Positions 9,630-18,908 of a stretch of DNA of 54,361 nt are shown piece after piece. The stretch covers positions 1-54,361 of the forward strand of contig JASHPV010000183.1 in the NCBI GenBank assembly GCA_030037875.1. The letters run 5' to 3'. The position numbers and the translations under genes were made by a program. The notes under the pieces are model-generated. The model saw only the letters and a list, made by a program, of their open reading frames with translations, ran no database searches and had not been told where the DNA came from. This stretch comes from Thermoplasmata archaeon (GTDB taxonomy: Archaea > Thermoplasmatota > Thermoplasmata > Lutacidiplasmatales > UBA184). Within the stretch, counting starts at the first letter, position 1. Each line of letters opens with the position of its first letter.

Positions 9630-10180
9630 GTGCCCGCTCCTCCCGAACAGAGCTGGGAGACCTCTTCCTCGGAGTTGAGGGAAATCGCGAGAGCCGATCC
9701 GGAATCCCAGTAGAACGTGAACTCCCAGTCGGGGGTGGGACCGGCCGCCTGCGTCTCGACGTACGCCACGATCGTGGTGATCGTGGGGCCAGCCCCAGTG
9801 GATACGGTGAAACTGAGCATCAATTCTCGATTCGCGTTAAATCCGTTGTCGGTCTCGTTGAATATCCACACGAGCGCCGTGTCACCGCCGGTGCCGGCAT
9901 TGATCATGTAGTCCGCGCTGGCCGAGGGTAGGGAGGTGGGACTCACCGCGCTAGTGCTGATCAGCGCCGGGGGCGTAGCGGGTGTGCTCAGGTTGTCGAT
10001 GGCCCCAATCTGATCCCAGTACTGCAGCCACGCGCCCGTATGATGGGACCCGTCGCCATTCTCGGCCGGGCCGGCGGTTACGGTAAGGCCCACCGCGGTG
10101 GCGAGTCCGGCGCCAAAAGCTATGGCAATCGCTACGACGACATAGGCCAAGCGGATTTTTTTCCGAATCCAGGGGAACAT
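9623..10180 (-). CDS. Secreted beta-rich protein, paralog 3
   Basis: Start ATG 10180 just downstream of minus-strand CTATAT; RKKIRLAYVVVAIA signal; WIFNE, YVETQ, CSGGAGTC. Confidence 0.75.
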   Translation of the reverse strand: MFPWIRKKIRLAYVVVAIAIAFGAGLATAVGLTVTAGPAENGDGSHHTGAWLQYWDQIGAIDNLSTPATPPALISTSAVSPTSLPSASADYMINAGTGGDTALVWIFNETDNGFNANRELMLSFTVSTGAGPTITTIVAYVETQAAGPTPDWEFTFYWDSGSALAISLNSEEEVSQLCSGGAGTC

Positions 10181-10371
10181 CCGTCCTTCGTGGTCTCGCC
10201 ATATAGACTCCCGGGGAGGCGTATTTCTGCGTATCGGCACAACGTCGCCCCCGTGGAGCTCGGACTATCCACGGGTGAAGTCTTCGGCGACCTGCACCAG
10301 AACCGCGACCCCAGGGCATAAAACGCCCCCAGCTTCCCGGACGTACGAAAGGTGGGGCGACCCGGCTCGGA

Positions 10372-10914
10372 ATGACCGTCTATATTGGACTCCTTCGAGC
10401 CGTGAACGTGGGCGGCTCCGGTAAGATCGACATGATCGCCCTTGCGGCGCTGTTGAGCCGTATGGGGCTTGGGGACGTGCACACCGTCCTCCAGTCCGGC
10501 AACGTCGTGTTCCGCACCGATGTCACGGAAGTGACCCCGCTGGAAGTTGCCATCGAGCGCGCACTTTCCGAGCAGCTGGGGCTCAGGACCGACGTTTTCG
10601 TTCGCACGCTCCCGGAATGGCGCTCCATCCTGAGACAGAACCCGTTTCCCCTGGAAGCGAAGACAGACCCGGCCCACCTGGTCGTTACGCTCCTGAAACG
10701 GGCTCCCGAACCGAGCGAGTGGAGAGACCTGGAACGATCCATTCCGGGCCGAGAGCGGATTCAAGGGGCCGGCCGCCACGCGTACATCGTTTACCCGGAC
10801 GGAATCGGCACTTCGAAACTCACTGCGGCTGTGATCGAGCGACAATTGTCGACGCGAAGCACGAGCCGAAACTGGAACACGGTACAGAGACTGGATCAAC
10901 TCGCTTCGTCCTGA
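10372..10914 (+). CDS. DUF1697 domain protein
   Basis: LLRAVNVGG...I.M, V.T.LQSGNVVF, NPFP, T.RNWNTV. Confidence 0.9.
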   Translation: MTVYIGLLRAVNVGGSGKIDMIALAALLSRMGLGDVHTVLQSGNVVFRTDVTEVTPLEVAIERALSEQLGLRTDVFVRTLPEWRSILRQNPFPLEAKTDPAHLVVTLLKRAPEPSEWRDLERSIPGRERIQGAGRHAYIVYPDGIGTSKLTAAVIERQLSTRSTSRNWNTVQRLDQLASS

Positions 10915-13295
10915 GATCGCTCGGTCGCCGGGTTTCCAATACTTCCCCCGGTCGCGTCGGACCCGGGAATGCCCCGCTTGGCCGGCAACATTTCGGCGAG
11001 ACGTTTCCGCGACAGTACCCAGAAGCTGCCGGCGTCGTCCTTACCGTTCCGGATCAGCGCGCCCGCCGAGGCCAGGAAGCGACCCCCGCTCCGTACCCAG
11101 CTCTCCGCGGTCCGAGGATCGACGGACCATCTCGCCCGCAGGTCCGGGAGATGCACGGTCAACTCGGCCCGGTCTCCCGAGCGTTCGACCCATTCGGTCA
11201 AGGCTTCCATCACGGGCGTCGCAGCGTCCGGCCGGGATGGGCCGTTGGGAATCGGACTTGTAGCCCGTTCGGATTTGTCGTGCACGATGGGGGTGGGTTG
11301 GTCGCCCGCCCCAACATCCGTCGGCACGATAGGCCGGAACGAGTTCGGATCCCGCTGTCCCTGGACCGGGCGAGACAACTGGACCCAGTGCGTTTCCGCC
11401 CCTTTGTCGATCAGGATGGCCGCCTCGCCCCGAGGTAATCGGAGGAGGCGCTCGGCCGTGACCTGCGGCACCCACCGGGAGACATCTCTCGCGTCGAACG
11501 GATCTCCCCGAAACAGCACCACGTCAGCCGAGTTGGTCGTAACAGCGTCCCGGACCATCTCTGGAAGGGAGCGCAGCGATTGCGTAACGCTCCAGACGTG
11601 GAGATTGAATCGCCGCCCCAGACGCAACATTTCCGCCACACCTTCGTGGGCGTACCATTGCGCCTCGTCCAGCACGAGAAACACTTTCGTTTGTCTGGTG
11701 CGCACGAGGGCCTCGTTCCATACGAGCGCGAGCACGACCGCGAGCAGGTACCGGGCCGCGGGTTCACCGACTTGGGGCGCGTCGCCGGAAATCACGGTGA
11801 TCCGGCCGGGGGTCACCGCAGCGCCGACGGACCAAGTCGGGGACCGGGCGTCCAGCATCTGCGTCAAGACCGGGCTCCGAGTTATCTCACCCAGTAGCCG
11901 CCGGGCACCGTCGCCGTCTTGGGGCGCGCGTTCAATCCGGCGTCGGATCTCGTCGACCGCTTCTCGAGCGCCGTCCGGTACGGTGCGCCGAGGAAAACCT
12001 TCGGGCGACAGTAACCGCTCGGCTAACGCAAGCGACGATCCGGGCCATTGGCCCGCGGCGCGCAGCGCTTGAAGCAACATCTCCTCGAGCCGCGGACCCC
12101 AAAAGGAGGACTCCGCGTACTGACCTGCCCGGACCCGGCGAAGCGCCGCGACGATATCGCCGAGCAACCGTTCACGGTGTGCCGCACCGTCGCTCCGTTG
12201 GGAAGCGACCTGGTGCAGGAGGTTCAGCGTCAGACCCGGCACGGCCGGCGAAACCCAGGAAACTTGGGGGCTCCTCGCATCCGGAACGCCCGACAGAAAC
12301 TCTCTCGCGGTGTCACCCACCGGATCGAACAGGATCATCGACCCCCACTGGGCGGCTTGCCAGGCGAGCCGGACGATGAGCGAGCTCTTTCCCATGCCCG
12401 TCTCTCCCAACACTAGCAAATGCCGGCCTTGTTCGGACTCGACCGGTAGGCCGACGAAGGAACCCCCCAGGTCTCGCCCAACCCAAAGCCGGGCTCGATC
12501 GGAGCCGTGGGCCGCAGTCGCGGCAATCGGGGTGGGCGGGGGAAACAATCCGACCAGCTCGGCCTCGGTCAGAACGGCATCTCTGCCTAGTCTGGCGAGA
12601 GGGGAGCCGGCGGACCGACAGGCGAACCGGTTTCCGCCTTCAAGATGGGATGTGGCCTCGAGCAGGTGGGCTACCTGGGAACCCGCATCGTCAGCCTTGC
12701 GCCGGGCATCGATCAAAATCCTTCCGGAGACCCTCCACCGCAACCCGGTGCGGCGGGCTTCCTCACGGTCTTTGAGGATGCGTTCTGGAAGTGTCCGTAT
12801 GCGCTCGTCCTTCGCGAGCGGCTCGCCCCATTCGGGGAGCCATTTCTCTCGCGAGGGGAAGCCAAGGTCTGGAACCAGTTCCCACTCCACGGCGACACCG
12901 GCTCGGCTCATGCGGAGTTGCCCCAGCACCGTCTCGGACCATGGGGGCTCATCCGGCGGGGTAGGAAACGGCTGTTCGGCCGCTCCGCCTTGCGTCACTC
13001 TGAACTCGGGTCGCGACTGGGCGAGCCCGTGCCAATCGCCCGCGGCATGCCATTGTCCCATCTCATAGGCGGAGGAGAGTCCGAAATGCAACCATCGTTC
13101 CCCCACTGGGGACGAGACCCCCAGTACCACTCCCCCCGAGTCGCCGGAGGACCATCGCATTCGAAGAGGGATTCCGAGCCCATGAGCCGCGCGAAGAGCC
13201 CGACGCAGGCGACCGACGAATTGTCGGGTTTGATCGGGAGAGACCAAGGCGGAGACCGGCCGGTACCCGTAGCTCCGCCACCCCCGCTGCAGCAC
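10896..13295 (-). CDS. HerA/VirB4/VirD4-superfamily P-loop ATPase
   Basis: HLLVLGETGMGKS Walker A, FDPVGD, LVLDEAQ Walker B, GRRFNL....TQ motif; possible C-terminal winged helix. Confidence 0.85.
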   Translation of the reverse strand: MLQRGWRSYGYRPVSALVSPDQTRQFVGRLRRALRAAHGLGIPLRMRWSSGDSGGVVLGVSSPVGERWLHFGLSSAYEMGQWHAAGDWHGLAQSRPEFRVTQGGAAEQPFPTPPDEPPWSETVLGQLRMSRAGVAVEWELVPDLGFPSREKWLPEWGEPLAKDERIRTLPERILKDREEARRTGLRWRVSGRILIDARRKADDAGSQVAHLLEATSHLEGGNRFACRSAGSPLARLGRDAVLTEAELVGLFPPPTPIAATAAHGSDRARLWVGRDLGGSFVGLPVESEQGRHLLVLGETGMGKSSLIVRLAWQAAQWGSMILFDPVGDTAREFLSGVPDARSPQVSWVSPAVPGLTLNLLHQVASQRSDGAAHRERLLGDIVAALRRVRAGQYAESSFWGPRLEEMLLQALRAAGQWPGSSLALAERLLSPEGFPRRTVPDGAREAVDEIRRRIERAPQDGDGARRLLGEITRSPVLTQMLDARSPTWSVGAAVTPGRITVISGDAPQVGEPAARYLLAVVLALVWNEALVRTRQTKVFLVLDEAQWYAHEGVAEMLRLGRRFNLHVWSVTQSLRSLPEMVRDAVTTNSADVVLFRGDPFDARDVSRWVPQVTAERLLRLPRGEAAILIDKGAETHWVQLSRPVQGQRDPNSFRPIVPTDVGAGDQPTPIVHDKSERATSPIPNGPSRPDAATPVMEALTEWVERSGDRAELTVHLPDLRARWSVDPRTAESWVRSGGRFLASAGALIRNGKDDAGSFWVLSRKRLAEMLPAKRGIPGSDATGGSIGNPATERSQDEAS

Positions 13296-13453
13296 CGTCC
13301 CGGATACCCCTCCGAAATGAACCGGTCGAAGGAGTTCCTATTGGCGGCGACGACGAACGGTGAACGCTGATCCAGCCGGGCGCGCCTCCGGGCACTCGAG
13401 GGCGAGTTAGTCTCAAGTAGCGTCCCCGGTCCTCGACCCCCGGTCGGTTCGAG

Positions 13454-14572
13454 ATGGCGTCGCTCGAGGAGCAGATCGCGGCCATCGAGGACGAGATCCG
13501 GCGGACGCCCTACAACAAGGCCACCTCGGGGCACATCGGCCGACTCCGAGCGCGGATCGCATTCCTCCGGCTCGAGCGAGAGAAGCGGAGTCGCGGGAAA
13601 GGCGGCGGGATCGGGTACGCCGTCCGGAAGTCGGGTCACGCCACGGTGGCGCTGGTGGGCTACCCTTCTGTTGGGAAGTCGACGCTGCTCACCCGGCTGA
13701 CGGGCGCGAACAGCCAAGCGGCGGCCTACGATTTCACGACGGTCTCGATCATTCCAGGCATGATGGACGCCGCCGGCGCCTCTGTGCAGGTTCTCGACAT
13801 GCCCGGCCTCGTGCCGGGTGCCTCGCGGGGCCGGGGGCGGGGCCGGGAAGTTCTCTCCGTCGTCCGATCCGCAGACCTGGTTCTATTCATGATCGACAAG
13901 GATCACCCGGATTTTCGAGGACTTCGGGAGGAGCTGGAAGACGCAGGGGTCCGGGTCAATGCCCGCCGCCCGCGAGTCATTGTTACGCCCGCGGCCCGAG
14001 GCGGGCTCACGATCACGAGCACGGTCAAGCTCACCCGACTGGATCCGGAATCCGCGACTGGCATCGCCCGGGAGTTCGGCCTCCACAACGGCTCGATCGT
14101 CTTCCGGGAGGACGCCACCGCCGAGCAACTGATCGATGTGCTGGCGGGAAACCGGGTCTACCTACCGGCCATCCTTGCCGTAAACAAGTCGGACCTCCTC
14201 GCGCCGGCGGACCGGGCGAAGATTCGGGAGCAGGTCAAGCCTTTCGAACCGATCTTCATCGCCGCCGAATCCGGACAGAACCTGGACGAGCTGGTCCTCG
14301 CCCTCGTGCGGGCGCTCGCATTCATCCGTGTCTATCTGCGCCCGCCGGGCGGCGAGGCGGACCGGGTCGAACCGCTGATCCTCCGGGGGGGCAGCCGCAT
14401 CCAGGACCTCCTGGCCCGATTGCCCCCGGACCTCGGGAAGAACTTCAAGGCCGCGCTCGTCTGGGGTCGCAGCGCACGGTTCCCGGGCCAGACCGTCGGT
14501 CGGGATCATGCGCTCGCGGACGAGGACGTCGTTACGGTGCTCGTGCAGCGCGGTCGCGCCGTTCCGGCGTAG
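13454..14572 (+). CDS. DRG/Rbg family GTPase with TGS domain
   Basis: TPYNKAT..HIG.L, GYPSVGKST, YDFTT, DMPG, NKSD, WG.SARFPGQ.VG.DH.L.DED. Confidence 0.95.
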   Translation: MASLEEQIAAIEDEIRRTPYNKATSGHIGRLRARIAFLRLEREKRSRGKGGGIGYAVRKSGHATVALVGYPSVGKSTLLTRLTGANSQAAAYDFTTVSIIPGMMDAAGASVQVLDMPGLVPGASRGRGRGREVLSVVRSADLVLFMIDKDHPDFRGLREELEDAGVRVNARRPRVIVTPAARGGLTITSTVKLTRLDPESATGIAREFGLHNGSIVFREDATAEQLIDVLAGNRVYLPAILAVNKSDLLAPADRAKIREQVKPFEPIFIAAESGQNLDELVLALVRALAFIRVYLRPPGGEADRVEPLILRGGSRIQDLLARLPPDLGKNFKAALVWGRSARFPGQTVGRDHALADEDVVTVLVQRGRAVPA

Positions 14573-15290
14573 CGACCCGGACCCGCTTAGAGACGGCCGG
14601 CGGCATCCGGGCCGCCAAGAAGCGATGCTGACGATGGAATGGCTCCAGCACGACCGGGGCCGAGAGGGCCCTCAGGGGGCGAAGCTCCGCGAGCGATCGG
14701 TCGACGAGGACCTCCGGGGATAGGTCCCTACCCAAGCTGGACAGCTTGAGCACCAACAGGAGCGGCCGACCATCACGTAGGAAAAGGTCCGCGTTGCGAC
14801 GAGCGATGCCCACCTGGTCTGGCTGAGCGACGTCGGAGTAGACTCCGTCGACCGGCGGGACCCACCCCGCGTAGTCGTCGGGCCGTCGCGCGTCGCCCAG
14901 AATAGGGAACAGGTTCGGGTACCGCTCCGCCAACCGAAGCAGGCGGGCGAACGGCCGCAAGCTGATCTCCACGGCGTAGACCGCCCCCGTCGGTCCCACG
15001 AGGTCCGCGAGGTGGGACGCGGTGGTCCCCGTAGCAGCGCCTAGGTAGAGCCATCGCTCTCCCGGCTGGGGTACCGGCCCGCCGAATCCCTTGAGCAGGG
15101 CCGATGACAGCTTGCTCCGGTACGGATCCCACCGGCGCCACCACGCGGATCGCACCGGCACGAGGCGCTCTCCGTACACGTCCGGCGGCGTACCCAGGGC
15201 CTCGGTGGCCGGGACCCGTCGGTCGCCCTCTCGAAGCTCATGAAGGCGCGGAGACCATCGTGTCCACGCCGTTGACCCGGACCCGCTCAC
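14532..15290 (-). CDS. flpA: Fibrillarin-like rRNA/tRNA 2'-O-methyltransferase
   Basis: VYGE, R.WDP.RSKL, LYLGAATGTT.SH, DAR.P..Y, DVAQPDQ, LEPFH..H. Confidence 0.93.
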   Translation of the reverse strand: MSGSGSTAWTRWSPRLHELREGDRRVPATEALGTPPDVYGERLVPVRSAWWRRWDPYRSKLSSALLKGFGGPVPQPGERWLYLGAATGTTASHLADLVGPTGAVYAVEISLRPFARLLRLAERYPNLFPILGDARRPDDYAGWVPPVDGVYSDVAQPDQVGIARRNADLFLRDGRPLLLVLKLSSLGRDLSPEVLVDRSLAELRPLRALSAPVVLEPFHRQHRFLAARMPPAVSKRVRVATPERRDRAARAP

Positions 15291-16195
15291 GACCGTCGCT
15301 TCCTGAGTTGGGCGATTCGTCGTTCTCGCCGGCTAACGAGTTCCGCCGATATCGATCGACCCGACGTGGCATCCGCACGGGCGGCGATGGCCGCTAGAGC
15401 CGCCACCGACCGGGCCAGCGCACCGGACCGGGCGGGCGGAACCTGCGACATCCCCTCCGCGTGGTAAAGGAACCCGAAACGAGGAGAACGCCCGGGACCG
15501 AAGCGTCGGCGAGCCCCGAGCAGTTGAACCCTGGATGCATCCATCCTCGACAGCGGCCCCAGACCCCCGGCAGCGGCGATGAGATGGGCCGCCACGGCTG
15601 GGCCAACGACCGTCGAGAGGTTGGGCGCAACCTTCCGGGCTTGGGCTTCGAGCGCCTCCGTCAGCTCCCTCAAGTGTCGAACCAGCTGATCTCGGGTGGA
15701 CGAAGAGAGACGGGCATAGTCCGATAGAACGGGGGCGCCTTCTGAGACCCAGCTGTCCGCCGCGTTCGTCTCCCGCCGGAGCACCCGTCGCACGCGCTCC
15801 TCTTCCCGGGCCAAGGCCGAAAGGGTGGCTTCCGGGGCTTGCATCGCTCGCTGGAGACGAAGACGGGCGAATGCGATCAGGAGCGTTCTTTCCTCTCGGT
15901 CCGGCCGGAAAGCCACGGCGCGCATCGCCCGACGTTCCGGAAGAGGAGGCACTCGCGACACCAGGTCGTGGTGCTCGAGCCACTCCTGCAAGGGTCGGTC
16001 GCTTGCGAGAATGACGGAGCCGACGGATCGTTTCCGAATCCAATCCAATAGGGCCGGCGGAATGCCGTCCAGGCCTCCGGCCAAAAGCTCTGCCGCCCGT
16101 TGCGGATTTGGGTCGACGGTGCGCTCTTCGAGGATCGTGCCCGCGGCGTCGAGCCAGCGCAGCCACCGGCCCGAGCGAACCAGGGCCTCGGGCAC
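15287..16195 (-). CDS. nop5: Nop5/Nop56-58 family C/D box RNP protein (divergent)
   Basis: APNL..VVG..VAA.LI..AGGL..L, VQLLGA, AARAD; coupled to fibrillarin by a 4-nt overlap. Confidence 0.8.
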   Translation of the reverse strand: MPEALVRSGRWLRWLDAAGTILEERTVDPNPQRAAELLAGGLDGIPPALLDWIRKRSVGSVILASDRPLQEWLEHHDLVSRVPPLPERRAMRAVAFRPDREERTLLIAFARLRLQRAMQAPEATLSALAREEERVRRVLRRETNAADSWVSEGAPVLSDYARLSSSTRDQLVRHLRELTEALEAQARKVAPNLSTVVGPAVAAHLIAAAGGLGPLSRMDASRVQLLGARRRFGPGRSPRFGFLYHAEGMSQVPPARSGALARSVAALAAIAARADATSGRSISAELVSRRERRIAQLRKRRS

Positions 16196-16198
16196 GCC

Positions 16199-17605
16199 CT
16201 AGAACTCCTCGAGCACCTTCTGGAAGCGGCGGCGCTCTTCGGGTACCTCGACCGGATATCGGCCCGTCAGGCAGCCGAGACAGAGGTTCTCCTCCGACAT
16301 CCCGATCGCCTCGACGAGGCCCGGCATCGAGAGGTAGTGGACGCTGTCCGCCCCGATCTGTTTCGCGATGCTCTCCTCGGTCCGGCCGGAGGCCACGAGC
16401 TCTCGCCGGTCCTTCATATCGATGCCGAAGTAGCAGGGAGCGGTGATCGGGGGACACCCGATTCGGACGTCCACGCGCGTGGCGCCGGCATGTCGGACCA
16501 TGGCGACGATTTCCTTGAGTGTCGTTCCGCGCACGATCGAGTCGTCCAGCAGCACGACGCGCTTTCCCTGGATGAGCCCGGGAACCGGGTGGAGCTTGAC
16601 CCGGACCTCTTCCTCCCGGCGCTTCTGGTCCGGCAGGATGAACGTCCGCTCGACGAACCGGTTCTTGATCAACGCTTCCACGTACGGGATGCCCGCGATG
16701 GCCGAGAAGCCCAGAGCCTGGGGTCGGGAGGAGTCTGGGACGGGGACGACCACGTCCGCTTCGGTCGGCCGCTCCCGGGCGAGGATCTCTCCGACCCGGC
16801 GGCGGACGTCGTAGACCAGCCGCCCCTCGACGACGGAATCCGGTCGGGAGAAGTATACCCACTCGAACATGCAGTGGGCGCGCTCGTTGGCCCCCGCATA
16901 GCGGGAGCTCCTGAGCGACGCTCCCTTCTCGATCACAAGCACTTCGCCGGGGGCGAGGTCGCGAACGAGCGCGCCGCCCATCAGCTCCAGCGCGACCGAT
17001 TCGCTCGCCACGGCGTACCCGCCGTCCAACGTTCCCAGTACCAGCGGCCGGATGCCCAGCGGGTCCCGGAAGGCGACCAGCTGACTGCCGACCAGCATGA
17101 CGACCGCGTAGCCGCCCACGAGCTCGCTCATCGATTTTCGGACCGCGGATTCGAGGTCCCGGGTCCGGCCGTACTCCAGCGCGATCAGCTGCGCCATGGC
17201 CTCGCTGTCGGCGCTGCCCAGGAATTCGACCCCCTGGGCGAGGAGTCGTCGGCGGAGGTTTTCGTGATTCACGATGTCGCCGTTGTGCGCGAGCGCGGCG
17301 TCCTCGTCGCGCAGGCGGAGGCTCAGCGGCTGGGCGTTCTCGATGTCGGACGTGCCCGTCGTGGAGTACCGAACATGGCCGATCCCGACCGGCCCGCGCA
17401 GCGACTCGAGGAGTTCCCGATTGAAGACGTCGTGGACCAGGCCCATCCCTTTTCGATGGTGCAAGGTGCCGTGCGAGGCGGTGGCGATGCCGGCGGACTC
17501 CTGTCCGCGGTGCTGAAGCGCGCGGAGCCCTCGGTAGAGGTAGGGTGCCGCTCCTTTACCGGAGAGCGATACCCCCACCACTCCACAGTGCTCATGCAGC
17601 GCCAT
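16199..17605 (-). CDS. purF: Amidophosphoribosyltransferase
   Basis: Propeptide then CGVVG, LQHRGQESAGI, GHVRYST, HNG, CMFEWVYFSRPDS, DDSIVRGTT, CLGC. Confidence 0.97.
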   Translation of the reverse strand: MALHEHCGVVGVSLSGKGAAPYLYRGLRALQHRGQESAGIATASHGTLHHRKGMGLVHDVFNRELLESLRGPVGIGHVRYSTTGTSDIENAQPLSLRLRDEDAALAHNGDIVNHENLRRRLLAQGVEFLGSADSEAMAQLIALEYGRTRDLESAVRKSMSELVGGYAVVMLVGSQLVAFRDPLGIRPLVLGTLDGGYAVASESVALELMGGALVRDLAPGEVLVIEKGASLRSSRYAGANERAHCMFEWVYFSRPDSVVEGRLVYDVRRRVGEILARERPTEADVVVPVPDSSRPQALGFSAIAGIPYVEALIKNRFVERTFILPDQKRREEEVRVKLHPVPGLIQGKRVVLLDDSIVRGTTLKEIVAMVRHAGATRVDVRIGCPPITAPCYFGIDMKDRRELVASGRTEESIAKQIGADSVHYLSMPGLVEAIGMSEENLCLGCLTGRYPVEVPEERRRFQKVLEEF

Positions 17606-17691
17606 GGGCGAGGAAACAGGTGGCTCCGCCGGGGAGGACCCGGCGGAGGGTCTTAAGGCGAACGGCGGCCGGAGGTAACCTGACGGCTTCC

Positions 17692-18003
17692 TCAGCCGAA
17701 GAGAGCGGAGAGACCCTCGGCGGCTTCCTCTTCGGTGACGCCCTTCTCTTCCTTCTTCTCTTCTTTCTTCTCGCCCTTGCCCTCTTTCTTTTCCGCGGGG
17801 GCGGCGGCCGGCGCGGCGACGGCCACGGTCTCGGCCTTCTTCAGGACCTCGGCGATGTTCACGCCCTCGAGCGAGGCCAGGAGCGCCTTCACGCGGGCGG
17901 CGTCCGCGGAGATCCCAGCGGCCTTGAGGACCCCGTCGATTCCCTTCTCGTCGATCGGCTTGCCCGCGGCGTTGAGCAGCAGGGCGCTGTACACGTACTC
18001 CAT
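17692..18003 (-). CDS. rpl12: 50S ribosomal protein L12 (P1)
   Basis: [10 protein letters not shown], Ala-rich hinge, acidic tail GLSALFG. Confidence 0.97.
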   Translation of the reverse strand: MEYVYSALLLNAAGKPIDEKGIDGVLKAAGISADAARVKALLASLEGVNIAEVLKKAETVAVAAPAAAPAEKKEGKGEKKEEKKEEKGVTEEEAAEGLSALFG

Positions 18004-18025
18004 CGTTCTTCCTCCTCTGGTTCCT

Positions 18026-18895
18026 CTATGATGCAGGGGTTCCTGTCAGGTCGTGAAGGGCCTTCGCCTCTCGGAAGGCCCGGGCAAGGATCTCGGGAAG
18101 GGTCGTGGCCGTGGGATACGCCGATTCGACCGCCAGCGCGATGGCCCCCCGGTAGGCCTTCGAGAGGAGAATTGGGATAGATTCCGGTGTAAAGTAGCCG
18201 ACCTCGACCGCGAGGGCCAGGGCACGGAGGTGGGCCCGCGCGAGTTCCGCCCGTTGCTGGGCCAGGTCGACGGCGAGTACGTTCGGGGCGTAGAAGGTCT
18301 CTCGCTCGACGGCAGCCCGAAGGTCGAGTCCGACCTCCAGCGGGAAGATGTTGAGCCGGGTCAGCAGGTTCGCTTTCTCGGCGGAGAGGACCTCCCCGGC
18401 CTTCGCAACGACGGAGTCCTTCTTGAGCACGACCTTGCCTTTTTCGATGGCGGCGGGGAACCCCGCGTGCTGCAGCTCCGCCACGATCGGGCCCGGTCGG
18501 AACGGCGTCTCCCCGCCGGGAACGAGGATGTCGTTCGGGGCGATGGACCCGCCGCGCGCGGGCGTCGGGGAGCGCGTCTGGACCAGTTCCTGGTAGAGGG
18601 AGAACGGGTTTCCATCCGCCGCGATGATTCCCGTTTGGTCCGTGACGTAGTCGAGGAGCGGCTGGAGGGACGGACGCTCCTTGGCCGCCTGCTCGAGCGC
18701 GTGGCGAATGGCACTGTTCGGAGCGACAACCAGTGGGTGGCCCCGTTCGAGCAGGTCCTTCCGCATTTTTTGCAACGCGGCGGCGGGAACACCCCGGATC
18801 CCCACGAGCGCAGTCACGGGATGGTCGAGGACCATCTTTTGGAGGCTCGCCACTCGAGCGATCTTCTCGGGCGGCACGGAAGCGCGGCCGGGCAT
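18026..18895 (-). CDS. rplP0: 50S ribosomal protein L10 (P0)
   Basis: LQKMR, NPF.L, G.T.F.PGP, LL..L.I.P.EVGL; start at [11 protein letters not shown] (18895). Confidence 0.93.
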   Translation of the reverse strand: MPGRASVPPEKIARVASLQKMVLDHPVTALVGIRGVPAAALQKMRKDLLERGHPLVVAPNSAIRHALEQAAKERPSLQPLLDYVTDQTGIIAADGNPFSLYQELVQTRSPTPARGGSIAPNDILVPGGETPFRPGPIVAELQHAGFPAAIEKGKVVLKKDSVVAKAGEVLSAEKANLLTRLNIFPLEVGLDLRAAVERETFYAPNVLAVDLAQQRAELARAHLRALALAVEVGYFTPESIPILLSKAYRGAIALAVESAYPTATTLPEILARAFREAKALHDLTGTPAS

Positions 18896-18908
18896 CGGTT
18901 CTCCTTCC

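Noticed and set aside
8224-10180. Type IV pilin/archaellin call
   Set aside because: No K/R-G/A class III cleavage site before the hydrophobic stretch, and no assembly ATPase/TadC pair nearby
16100-17656. 518-aa plus-strand ORF and other long antisense or off-frame ORFs (e.g. 15333-16862, 22175-23449, 37517-39010, 44694-45866)
   Set aside because: Shadows of clearly identified genes in GC-rich DNA; Arg/Gly/Pro-rich with no motifs
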